42,010 nt of DNA from an uncultured Bacteroidales bacterium (GTDB lineage: Bacteria > Bacteroidota > Bacteroidia > Bacteroidales > UBA12077): assembly GCA_964345495.1 (NCBI GenBank), contig CAYFRV010000001.1:1-42010 (forward strand), written 5' to 3'. The position numbers and the translations under genes are program-made. Shown here one piece after another: positions 26,079-34,616 of this stretch (the stretch's first letter is position 1; the number at the start of each line of letters is the position of its first letter). The notes beneath the pieces were generated by a model. The model saw only the letters and a program-made list of their open reading frames with translations, made no database searches and was not told where the DNA came from.

Positions 26079-27467
26079 CTAATAAAGTTTTATTGTTTTT
26101 GATGAACCCGATTTTATTTTAAATGTTTTTCGGGTTGTATACATGGTTCTTTTCATATTTTTTGGCCGGAAAGTAATTTCGTATTTTCCGGGTTGCAAAA
26201 TTAATGATTTCTTTTCTTCTATTGAATTTAAATTATAAATCCGCGATAGTTTTCCTGATTTTTTCTTTTCAAACAAGTAGCCATAACCGGAAGTAGAGAG
26301 AAGAATGTTTAACATGCCGGGTTTTGGAATTTCGATTTTTGTTGTATGGCTTTGTTCGATTTCAACATCTTCAATTTCTAGCGTTGGGAGTGTCAGTATT
26401 TCAAGGTCATATTTTCCGGTGAGGTATTTTTCTTCTTTATTTATCTCCTGCACATTAAGTGTTTTGTGGCTTCCGTTTTTGCGGACAATACATTTGAGAT
26501 TCCTGTACCGAGAGCTGTTATCAGTTGTGAATTTTAGAGACCCTTGGGGAGTTCTGGCGCCTATCATATTATGTTTCCCAACAGTAAGCTTTATACTATC
26601 CTTTCTTACTTTTGGTATTGTGTGAATTGTCAGGTCATATACAGGAAGCGGATCCATGGTTAATGTGTCGGGATTTCCCATATAATTAAGTGTATGGATG
26701 AAATTATATTTTATGTTTCCCGAAAGATGGTGATAGAAAGTCATCCCTACATTGCTTTCGGTGGGTTGTCCTTGGGCATCCAGTAAATTTACCTGAGCTG
26801 TGGTGTTATTTAATATTTTGGTAATAACAACCTCCAGCGCTTGTTTAAATTTCTCTTTATTTGGAGTGTTGTAAAAATGGCCTACACATTCAAATGTTTC
26901 TTTGAAATTTGGGTCAAGGCCGATGCCAATGATAAATGGCTTTAGCACGATTCCTTTTTTTTGGAGTTTTTTAGAAACTTCACAGGGGTCACCTTCGCAT
27001 GCTTCTTTACCATCAGTTATTAGAATGATAATATTTCTGCATTCTTCGCATTCCGGGAAATCCTTTGCAGCCTGTTCGAGGGAATAGGCAATAGGGGTAG
27101 TGCCTTTAGGTCTTATGTATCTGAGTGTATGTTTTATCTGGTTGCCATTGTTTTCAGAAAAGGGAACTTCTAGTTTACTATCATCGCATCTTTGCGGGGG
27201 AACTTCAAATTGATGCCCATAAACTCTGAGACCCATTTCGACATTGCCAACTCCGTCTAAACTATCCACCAGTTGAATAAGGTAATCCCTGGCTATTTTA
27301 ACTTTTCTTTCCTCTTCCCAATATCCTTCCATACTTTGGGAGCCATCAAAAATAAACAATATCCTGCTTTTAGGTATTTGCGATTTTTTGTCCTGCCCAA
27401 AGCCGGATATTGTAAATAGAAGAATAAATACCAGTACCGTATAATATTTTAAGTGCTTAATTCTCAA
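26079..27467 (-). CDS. Secreted von Willebrand factor type A (VWA) domain protein.
   Basis: 462 aa. It has a signal peptide and the MIDAS motif DGSQSM, and TPIAYSL and ILITDG are also present. The C-terminal roughly 250 aa are beta-rich and of unknown function. Confidence 0.75.
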   Translation of the reverse strand: MRIKHLKYYTVLVFILLFTISGFGQDKKSQIPKSRILFIFDGSQSMEGYWEEERKVKIARDYLIQLVDSLDGVGNVEMGLRVYGHQFEVPPQRCDDSKLEVPFSENNGNQIKHTLRYIRPKGTTPIAYSLEQAAKDFPECEECRNIIILITDGKEACEGDPCEVSKKLQKKGIVLKPFIIGIGLDPNFKETFECVGHFYNTPNKEKFKQALEVVITKILNNTTAQVNLLDAQGQPTESNVGMTFYHHLSGNIKYNFIHTLNYMGNPDTLTMDPLPVYDLTIHTIPKVRKDSIKLTVGKHNMIGARTPQGSLKFTTDNSSRYRNLKCIVRKNGSHKTLNVQEINKEEKYLTGKYDLEILTLPTLEIEDVEIEQSHTTKIEIPKPGMLNILLSTSGYGYLFEKKKSGKLSRIYNLNSIEEKKSLILQPGKYEITFRPKNMKRTMYTTRKTFKIKSGSSKTIKLY

Positions 27468-27496
27468 CAGCCGTTTTTTTATTTCATTTAAACAGT

Positions 27497-27889
27497 TTAT
27501 TCTTTTAGCCTTTCATAATCTTCTTTTTTCAGAAGGCCGAGAATTAATAGTTCAGCACTGGAATTATTGGTTGCAATAGGTATATTTTTCTTGTCGCATT
27601 CGTCAAGTAATTCCTGAATATCCTCATGATGAGGTTGTTTTATGTTTGGGTCCCGGAAAAAGATGACAATGTCTATTTTATTGTCTCTGATCATATCGGT
27701 GATTTCATTGTACCCGCCGTATTGCCCCGGACTCATGTGTTTTACCTCTATGTTGTTAGATTCCAGATATTCAGCTGTCCTTCCTGTTGCTACTATATTT
27801 GTACCTTCAATCCATTCGTTACGGTCATTCAGGAAATCTACCAAAGCGGGTTTTTTTGCATCATGAGCAATGACAACTAATTCTTTCAT
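27497..27889 (-). CDS. mgsA: Methylglyoxal synthase.
   Basis: 130 aa. It aligns by eye with MgsA (VIAHDAKK, ATGRTAEYL, IDIVIFFRDP, NIPIATN). Confidence 0.8.
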   Translation of the reverse strand: MKELVVIAHDAKKPALVDFLNDRNEWIEGTNIVATGRTAEYLESNNIEVKHMSPGQYGGYNEITDMIRDNKIDIVIFFRDPNIKQPHHEDIQELLDECDKKNIPIATNNSSAELLILGLLKKEDYERLKE

Positions 27890-27942
27890 AAGCAGTTGTT
27901 TTTTATTTATATATGTTTAACGAAAACAAAACCGAATTTGTT

Positions 27943-28788
27943 TTAGTAATCTCCAAGGGTTTCTTCTAATTGTTCAAGCGCTTTTTCCAGTTGTTCATCG
28001 TTTGGTGCTGCACCGTGCCATTCATGGGTGCCCATCATGTAATCTACTCCCATTCCCATTTCAGTTTTCATGAGAATGATTACTGGTTTTTTATTTCCGG
28101 TTTTGGTTTGAGCTTTCTTAATGGTATCAATTACTTGTTGCATATCATTCCCGTTCATCTCCAGAGTTTCCCAGCCGAAAGCCTGAAATTTAGCTTTTAA
28201 GTCTCCCAGGTCCATTACTTCTTTTACGGGGCCATCTATTTGTTTGCCGTTATAGTCAACTGTTACGATAATATTGTCAACATTTTTTGCCGCAGCAAAA
28301 GTGGCAGCCTCCCAGATTTGTCCCTCTTGAAGTTCTCCATCTCCGCATAGGCAATATACATACCTGTCGTCTTTATTAAGTTTTTTAGTAAGGCCTGCAC
28401 CAATGGCTACCGATAATCCCTGTCCAAGAGAGCCGCTGGCAACTCTTACGCCGGGTAAATTTTCCTCAGGTGTGGGATGTCCTTGCAACCTGCTGTCAAT
28501 TTTTCTGAAAGTGCTTAGTTCTTCAGTGTCGAAATATCCATTTCTGGCAAGGGTGCTGTAAAAAGCCGGTGAAATGTGACCATTTGAAAGTATGAAGATA
28601 TCTTCGTTTTTTCCGTCCATCTGGAAATTCTTCGGATTGTGTTTCATTATTTCAAAATACAGTGCAGTAAAGAAATCTGTGCATCCTAATGATCCACCCG
28701 GATGGCCGGAGCTATTCGCATGTACCATTCGAACAATATCTCTTCTTATCTGTGAGGCTATTCGTTTAAGTTCTTCAATTCGACTCAT
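27943..28788 (-). CDS. Transketolase, N-terminal (thiamine-diphosphate-binding) subunit.
   Basis: 281 aa. Motifs seen are SGHPGGSLG, the ThDP motif GDGELQEGQIWEA and TVDYNGKQIDG. Confidence 0.9.
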   Translation of the reverse strand: MSRIEELKRIASQIRRDIVRMVHANSSGHPGGSLGCTDFFTALYFEIMKHNPKNFQMDGKNEDIFILSNGHISPAFYSTLARNGYFDTEELSTFRKIDSRLQGHPTPEENLPGVRVASGSLGQGLSVAIGAGLTKKLNKDDRYVYCLCGDGELQEGQIWEAATFAAAKNVDNIIVTVDYNGKQIDGPVKEVMDLGDLKAKFQAFGWETLEMNGNDMQQVIDTIKKAQTKTGNKKPVIILMKTEMGMGVDYMMGTHEWHGAAPNDEQLEKALEQLEETLGDY

Positions 28789-28953
28789 TCTTTATGTTTT
28801 ATTAAGTGTTTGTAAATCAATATATTTGTTTTTCGAAAAATAAGATGTAAAAATACGATTTTCATTGGATTACAAATAATTTATCAGTCAAAAACTGTCT
28901 TTTTTTTATCAAAAAATAATTTCACCTGGATACTTCCAAAGCAAGAAAAACTT

Positions 28954-28961
28954 TATTTTTG
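28954..28961 (+). promoter_or_regulatory. Candidate Bacteroidota -7 box (TAnnTTTG) upstream of ychF.
   Basis: TATTTTTG lies 41 nt upstream of the ATG at 29002. Confidence 0.3.
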
Positions 28962-29001
28962 CGTGCTTTAATAAGTAATAATCAAAATTGAAAATCTAGT
29001 T

Positions 29002-30099
29002 ATGGCTTTACGATGTGGGATAGTGGGATTACCAAATGTTGGAAAATCGACTTTGTTTAATAGTTTATCGAATGCAAAGGCTCAATCAGCAAATTACCCT
29101 TTTTGTACTATAGAACCGAATGTAGGAATGATCCCTGTTCCTGATGAAAGGCTGGATAAACTTGCAGAGCTTGAGCAGCCCGAAAAAGTTACTCCGACGA
29201 CTATTGAATTTGTAGATATTGCCGGGCTTGTTAAAGGTGCAAGTAAGGGCGAAGGTCTGGGTAATCAGTTTTTGGCAAACATTAGAGAGACCGATGCAAT
29301 CGTTCATATTTTGAGGTGTTTTGAAGATGACAATATCACGCATGTGGATGCTACTGTTGATCCTATACGTGATAAGGAAATTGTTGATGCTGAGCTTCAG
29401 TTGAAAGACCTGGAAACAGTGGAAAATCGCTTGCAGAAAGTCGAAAAGCAGGCTAAAACCGGAGATAAGGACGCAAAATTGCTTCAGAAGGTGTTAATGA
29501 AATATAGGGATCACCTTTCAGAAGGTCTATCTGTTAGGGAATTGCAGATTGATAAGGAAGAAAAAGCTATGGTTAAAGATTTACAGCTATTGACTGATAA
29601 GCCTGTGCTTTATGTTTGCAATGTTGACGAGAAATCCGTTGTTGAAGGAAATCAGTATGTTGAAAAGGTGAAATCGGCAGTAAAGGATGAAGAGGCTGAA
29701 GTTATTGCTGTTGCTGCCGGTGTTGAGGCTGAAATTGCTGAATTGGATACTAAGGAGGAGCGACAAATGTTTCTTGATGATATAGGGCTGAAAGAGTCAG
29801 GATTGACAAGGTTGATCCGGGCTGCCTATAAACTGTTGGATTTAAATACTTTTTTTACGGTAGGCCCCAAGGAAGTGCGCGCATGGACCGTAAAAAAAGG
29901 ATCAACTGCTCCTCAGGCCGGGGGTGTTATTCATTCAGATTTTCAACGGGGTTTCATTAAAGTTGAAGTGATCAAATATGAGGATTTCATAAATTATAAA
30001 TCTGAAGCTGCTTGCCGCGAAGCCGGAAAGATAAATCTTGAAGGCAAAAACTATATTGTCAAAGATGGCGATTTAATGAATTTTAAATTTAATGTTTAA
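29002..30099 (+). CDS. ychF: Redox-regulated ribosome-binding ATPase YchF.
   Basis: 365 aa. It has the P-loop GIVGLPNVGKST, the segments FCTIEPN and DIAGLVKGAS, and a C-terminal TGS-like domain. Confidence 0.93.
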   Translation: MALRCGIVGLPNVGKSTLFNSLSNAKAQSANYPFCTIEPNVGMIPVPDERLDKLAELEQPEKVTPTTIEFVDIAGLVKGASKGEGLGNQFLANIRETDAIVHILRCFEDDNITHVDATVDPIRDKEIVDAELQLKDLETVENRLQKVEKQAKTGDKDAKLLQKVLMKYRDHLSEGLSVRELQIDKEEKAMVKDLQLLTDKPVLYVCNVDEKSVVEGNQYVEKVKSAVKDEEAEVIAVAAGVEAEIAELDTKEERQMFLDDIGLKESGLTRLIRAAYKLLDLNTFFTVGPKEVRAWTVKKGSTAPQAGGVIHSDFQRGFIKVEVIKYEDFINYKSEAACREAGKINLEGKNYIVKDGDLMNFKFNV

Positions 30100-30207
30100 T
30101 ATAAGCGGAGCTATGGTCTATATTACTCTCTACTCAACAAGATGCATGAATAATTCAGTATAGAATGCTTATATTTGTTTTTATTAACTTTTTCAAATAA
30201 TTCAGTT

Positions 30208-31890
30208 ATGCATAATTCCCGTTTCCTTACTCCACTTCAAATGCTGTTTGTTGTATTCTTTTGCCTGTTATTTGCAACTGAAGCGTTTTCTATTAAGCCT
30301 GACAAAGAGCGCCCGAAGCTGGTAGTACGAGTTGTTGTTGAGCAGATGAGATATGAAATGCTTTTGCGCTATTGGGAAAGATTTGAAGAAGATGCCGGGT
30401 TTAAGAGGTTGGTTGATAATGGGATGCTGTGTAAAAATACTCAATTGAATTATGCACTAACGGAAAGAGCACCCGGGTTTGCTACTTTAACGACAGGAAG
30501 CAATCCATCCGTACATGGTATAGTTTCAGATTATTGGTTTAACAGGCTTTCTAATAAAACTGAGTTTTCAATCGATGATAATCAGTATAAAACAGTTGGA
30601 ACTGTAAAACTAAAAAAGGGATTTTCTCCTTCTAACCTACTTGCCGGAACTCTGGGAGATGAATTGAAGATGCTGAGTCCAGAATCAAAGGTGTTTTCTG
30701 TAGCATTAAATCCTGTTTCTTCCATTCTTGGAGCAGGAAATACTTCAGATGGTGCCTATTGGTTCGAAGATAAGACCGGGAACTGGATTACAAGCAACTT
30801 TTACAGAGAAACATTGCCCGAATGGGTGAAAGATTTTAACAATAAAGGGTTGCAGGAGATCTATATGAAAAGACAATGGGAAACCCTAATGCCGGATACA
30901 ACTTATATTCGAAGCCTTCCCGACAATAACAATGCTGAGGAAGGATTTCTACTGATTTATAAAAATCATTTTCCCTATAATTTATCTTTATTGAAAAGGA
31001 AAAGTAAAAGTTATAAATATTTAAAATACACTCCTTTTGGCAATACCTACACAAAAGATTTTGTGCATACATTAATACGGAAGGAAGGTCTTGGCAATGA
31101 TAAGCATACCGATTTATTAACTGTGTCTTTTTCTGCATCTTCATACGTGAATGAGTTGTTTGGTCCAAGGTCTATGGAGATGGAGGATTTGTATTTACGG
31201 CTGAACAGTCAACTAGAACATTTGGTGAATTTCCTGGAGAAGAATGTAGGTGAGGATGAATTTCTCTTGGTTTTAACAGCTGACCGTGGCTGTGCTGATA
31301 CTTATGAATACCGTAAGAGCATGAAACTGCCTGCGAGGAATTTCAAACCTAAACAAGGGTTATCATTGATGAAAAGTTATTTGGATATCGTTTATGAGAA
31401 AGAAAATTGGATAAAAAGTTACACTAAGCGGCAGTTGTATCTGGATCATGGTTTAATAGACCAACATGGTTACAGCCATTCGGAGGTAGAAGAAACAATC
31501 TCTAATTTTATGGTTAAAAAGTCAGGAATAAGTTATGCAGTAAAAGCTTCAACACTGAGAGAAGGAAATTTTACAGAAGGTCTGAACCATAAATTGCAAC
31601 AAAGTTTTCATCCGAAGCGTTCGGGCGACATATTTTTGGGTCTGGAAGCGGGAAGTATCGAGCAATCTGAAAGCACTGGTTCGTCTTATAATTATCATGC
31701 TCATATACCACTTGTTTGGTATGGAAAAGGCATTCGTGCAGGTAAGATACAGAGAAGAATTAAACTCCGGGATATTGCCCCTACAATAAGCATGTTGATT
31801 GATATACCTTTACCGGAAGCATCGAATGGAGAACCTATATGGGAGTTGTTAGATGCTGAAAATAAGAATGATACCTTTGTAACGGATTAA
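30208..31890 (+). CDS. Alkaline phosphatase superfamily protein (nucleotide pyrophosphatase/phosphodiesterase-like).
   Basis: About 560 aa. It has a signal peptide and the NPP-like core TLTTGSNPSVHGIVSDYW. I prefer the ATG at 30208 over the TTG at 30175. Confidence 0.7.
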   Translation: MHNSRFLTPLQMLFVVFFCLLFATEAFSIKPDKERPKLVVRVVVEQMRYEMLLRYWERFEEDAGFKRLVDNGMLCKNTQLNYALTERAPGFATLTTGSNPSVHGIVSDYWFNRLSNKTEFSIDDNQYKTVGTVKLKKGFSPSNLLAGTLGDELKMLSPESKVFSVALNPVSSILGAGNTSDGAYWFEDKTGNWITSNFYRETLPEWVKDFNNKGLQEIYMKRQWETLMPDTTYIRSLPDNNNAEEGFLLIYKNHFPYNLSLLKRKSKSYKYLKYTPFGNTYTKDFVHTLIRKEGLGNDKHTDLLTVSFSASSYVNELFGPRSMEMEDLYLRLNSQLEHLVNFLEKNVGEDEFLLVLTADRGCADTYEYRKSMKLPARNFKPKQGLSLMKSYLDIVYEKENWIKSYTKRQLYLDHGLIDQHGYSHSEVEETISNFMVKKSGISYAVKASTLREGNFTEGLNHKLQQSFHPKRSGDIFLGLEAGSIEQSESTGSSYNYHAHIPLVWYGKGIRAGKIQRRIKLRDIAPTISMLIDIPLPEASNGEPIWELLDAENKNDTFVTD

Positions 31891-31902
31891 AAATTCTAAA
31901 TA

Positions 31903-33495
31903 ATGAAGCTCCAAATCCGATTCATTATTAAACTTTCTCTTTCCCTCATTTTGGCAGGTTTTATCCAAAGTGTTTACGCCCAACAAAAAAATTGGGTGTT
32001 TTTCACGGATAAAAAAGGAGTAGAGTTTAATCCGTACGAATATTTTGATAAGAAAACAATTGAAAAAAGAAAACGACAAGGAATACCTTTAATTCAATAT
32101 ACAGATTTGCCTTTAAATAAAAGTTACCTTGATGCGGTTACTAAAATTTCAGGGAGATCAATGTCTGTTAGTCGCTGGTTAAATGGTGCGATTGTTAATT
32201 GTAGTGAAAGTGAAAAAAAGCAGCTCAATAAATTACCCTTTGTAGCAAAAATTCGACCAGTGAATAAAAGGGAGTTGCAGCTTTGTTACGATACCGTTTT
32301 GCCGGCTAAAAATAAGGATATTCTGCGTCGTCAGTTAGCAAGGTTTGAAGACAGTTTATTTACGATGCATGGATATGACGGGAGCGGAATTCGAATTGCA
32401 GTTCTGGATGCCGGTTTTCCGGAAGTGAATACAAGTCCGTTTTTTCAACATTTGTTTGAAGATAACCGGATTATTGAAACTTATGATTTTGTGCAGGATG
32501 AGAAGGATGTTTATAATCATTCTTCGCACGGGACAATGGTGTTGTCTTGTATTGCAGGCAAATATGAGGATAAACGGATTGGATTAGCCACAGGTGCGGA
32601 ATTTCTTTTAGGACGAACAGAAAAAGCATTCACTGAAACAATTTCCGAGGAAGAAAATTGGTTTGAGGCCATGGAATGGGCAGATAAACACGGAGCTGAT
32701 ATTATTTCCAGTTCCCTGGGCTATTCTTATCACCGTTATTTTAAGCAAGAAATGGACGGAAAGACAAGTTTAGTGAGTAAGGCTGCTAATATTGCCGCGT
32801 CAAAAGGCATGTTGGTTGTTGCTTCGATGGGAAATGAAGGAATGAGCCGATGGCAGGTTCTGGTAACTCCTGCAGATGCAGATAGTGTGCTGTCAGTCGG
32901 AGGGATAAGTCCTTCTACAGGAATCCACACCCCCTTTAGTTCATTTGGTCCTACTTCAGACAAGAGATTAAAGCCAAACGTAACAGCTTTTGGCCATGTT
33001 GTTGCTGCCGGGAAGGATGAGTTGGCGACCACTCAGGGAACATCTTTTTCAGCGCCACTTGTGACAGGGTTTGCAGCATGTGTATGGCAAAAAAATCCTA
33101 AATGGAATAATGTTAAGTTGAAAGAAGAGATTTCAAATTCAGGGGATTTATTTCCTTATTTTGATTATGCACACGGATATGGAGTTCCACAGGCCAGTTA
33201 CTTCTTTGACAAAAAAGCAGAAGCGGATACCCTTGTTAATTCTACGTTAGAAATTAATTTTAAAAATGATAAAATCACCATTAAAATACCTGATAATGAT
33301 GATAATAAACCATTAGAATCGAATTATTCACAGCTTTTTTATCACGTGGAAAACTCTGATAATTACTTGCATAAATTCGGAGTGGCTGAAGTAAAAAAAG
33401 GTGAAACTCTTAAAATAAAGAATAAAGACGAATATTCAGGTTCTGTTTTTAGAACTTATTTTAATGGTCAGGTTAGTGAACAGAAGATCCCCTAA
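31903..33495 (+). CDS. S8 family (subtilisin-like) serine peptidase.
   Basis: 530 aa. It has a signal peptide and the catalytic triad contexts IAVLDAGF (Asp), HGTMVLS (His) and GTSFSAPLVTG (Ser). Confidence 0.88.
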   Translation: MKLQIRFIIKLSLSLILAGFIQSVYAQQKNWVFFTDKKGVEFNPYEYFDKKTIEKRKRQGIPLIQYTDLPLNKSYLDAVTKISGRSMSVSRWLNGAIVNCSESEKKQLNKLPFVAKIRPVNKRELQLCYDTVLPAKNKDILRRQLARFEDSLFTMHGYDGSGIRIAVLDAGFPEVNTSPFFQHLFEDNRIIETYDFVQDEKDVYNHSSHGTMVLSCIAGKYEDKRIGLATGAEFLLGRTEKAFTETISEEENWFEAMEWADKHGADIISSSLGYSYHRYFKQEMDGKTSLVSKAANIAASKGMLVVASMGNEGMSRWQVLVTPADADSVLSVGGISPSTGIHTPFSSFGPTSDKRLKPNVTAFGHVVAAGKDELATTQGTSFSAPLVTGFAACVWQKNPKWNNVKLKEEISNSGDLFPYFDYAHGYGVPQASYFFDKKAEADTLVNSTLEINFKNDKITIKIPDNDDNKPLESNYSQLFYHVENSDNYLHKFGVAEVKKGETLKIKNKDEYSGSVFRTYFNGQVSEQKIP

Positions 33496-33505
33496 ATATT
33501 TTATT

Positions 33506-34195
33506 ATGAAGAAATCTATACTTGCCTTAATTGCCTTTTTCTTTGTTTTTAATCTTTCCGCTCAGAATATTTTGTTTGAGAAGGATACGGAAGAACTGTA
33601 CAGTATTTCTGAGTTTGGTCCTAACCGAAAACACTTTATGTATCTATATGGAGGAATGGGGTTTTATTCTGTTTCATCTTCAGACTTTAAACAATTTAAC
33701 ACCAATGAAGTTTTTTTAGGAGTCCGGTATAAAAGAAAATTCAGTTCATCTTTCTCAGGAGGAACAACTTTCTATTGGAAACATAGTAATTTTAGGTATA
33801 ATACCGACCCGGAGATTATTGACGAGGGCACATTTTATGATAAGGAGAAATTAAATGTGAACGCTTTTGGAACTGAATTGTATTTGCGTATTAATTTTGA
33901 TCCGGATAGAGGCAACTACGTTGGTGATTATATTGACCTGGGAGGCTATGGTGAATGGTTGTTTTCAAATGCTTACAAAACGTATGAAAAATCCGGGTAT
34001 TCGTTGTTTAAAAAGAAAAAAACTGTGTACAGACAGCTGAACGAAGTCCAAGATCTTGGGTATGGCATTTTGTTGAGAATGGCCAGGAATCGTTTTGTTT
34101 TGTTCATAAATTACCGGGTATCCGATTATTTCGAATCTGATAAAAATGAACCTGCAAGAGCTGTAGTTGGTTTAGAATTGAGTTTATATAGATAA
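33506..34195 (+). CDS. Hypothetical secreted protein, possibly an outer-membrane beta-barrel.
   Basis: It has a signal peptide (MKKSILALIAFFFVFNLSAQ) and alternating aromatic/Gly-rich segments. I prefer the ATG at 33506. Confidence 0.4.
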   Translation: MKKSILALIAFFFVFNLSAQNILFEKDTEELYSISEFGPNRKHFMYLYGGMGFYSVSSSDFKQFNTNEVFLGVRYKRKFSSSFSGGTTFYWKHSNFRYNTDPEIIDEGTFYDKEKLNVNAFGTELYLRINFDPDRGNYVGDYIDLGGYGEWLFSNAYKTYEKSGYSLFKKKKTVYRQLNEVQDLGYGILLRMARNRFVLFINYRVSDYFESDKNEPARAVVGLELSLYR

Positions 34196-34199
34196 AATT

Positions 34200-34517
34200 A
34201 TGGGTTGGAGTTATTTATTAATTGCCGGAATTTTTGAAATTGTATGGGCTATAGGCATGAAATACACACATAGTTTTTCACGTTTTTGGCCCAGCCTGCT
34301 TGTAATAATAGCTATGTTACTGAGCGTTTATTTTCTAACACTAGCGATAAAAACTATTCCAGTAGGTACTGCTTATGCGGTTTGGACAGGTATTGGTATT
34401 GCAGGCACAACTGTGCTTGGAATCATTTTATTCCAGGAACCGGTCCAGCTTATTCGATTGTTTTTTATTTTTCTTATTTTGGTTTCTATAGTCGGATTGA
34501 AGGTTATTGCAAAATAG
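34200..34517 (+). CDS. sugE: SMR-family transporter of the SugE/Gdx type.
   Basis: 105 aa with 4 TM helices. The N-terminus reads WSYLLIAGIFEIVWAIGMKYT, with the conserved membrane Glu. Confidence 0.85.
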   Translation: MGWSYLLIAGIFEIVWAIGMKYTHSFSRFWPSLLVIIAMLLSVYFLTLAIKTIPVGTAYAVWTGIGIAGTTVLGIILFQEPVQLIRLFFIFLILVSIVGLKVIAK

Positions 34518-34556
34518 AAAGGAATAATGGTATGATTATCTTGATAAGCTGGAGTC

Positions 34557-34598
34557 AAAAAAAAGGTGCTAACATCTAAATGATAGCACCCTTTTTCC
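34557..34598. terminator. Bidirectional terminator between the convergent sugE and AOR genes.
   Basis: The stem is GGTGCTA (34565-34571)/TAGCACC (34584-34590). An A-run precedes it and CTTTTT follows it. Confidence 0.55.
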
Positions 34599-34616
34599 TT
34601 TGATAACTTATTAATC

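Noticed and set aside
34196-34199. A guanidine (ykkC or mini-ykkC) riboswitch upstream of sugE.
   Set aside because: Only 4 nt separate sugE from the preceding gene, so there is no room for a leader RNA.
34286-34579. An alternate-frame 97-aa ORF and a minus-strand 61-aa ORF (34373-34558) over sugE.
   Set aside because: The SMR reading frame is clearly the real one, with 4 TM helices and the conserved Glu. The others are frame shadows.
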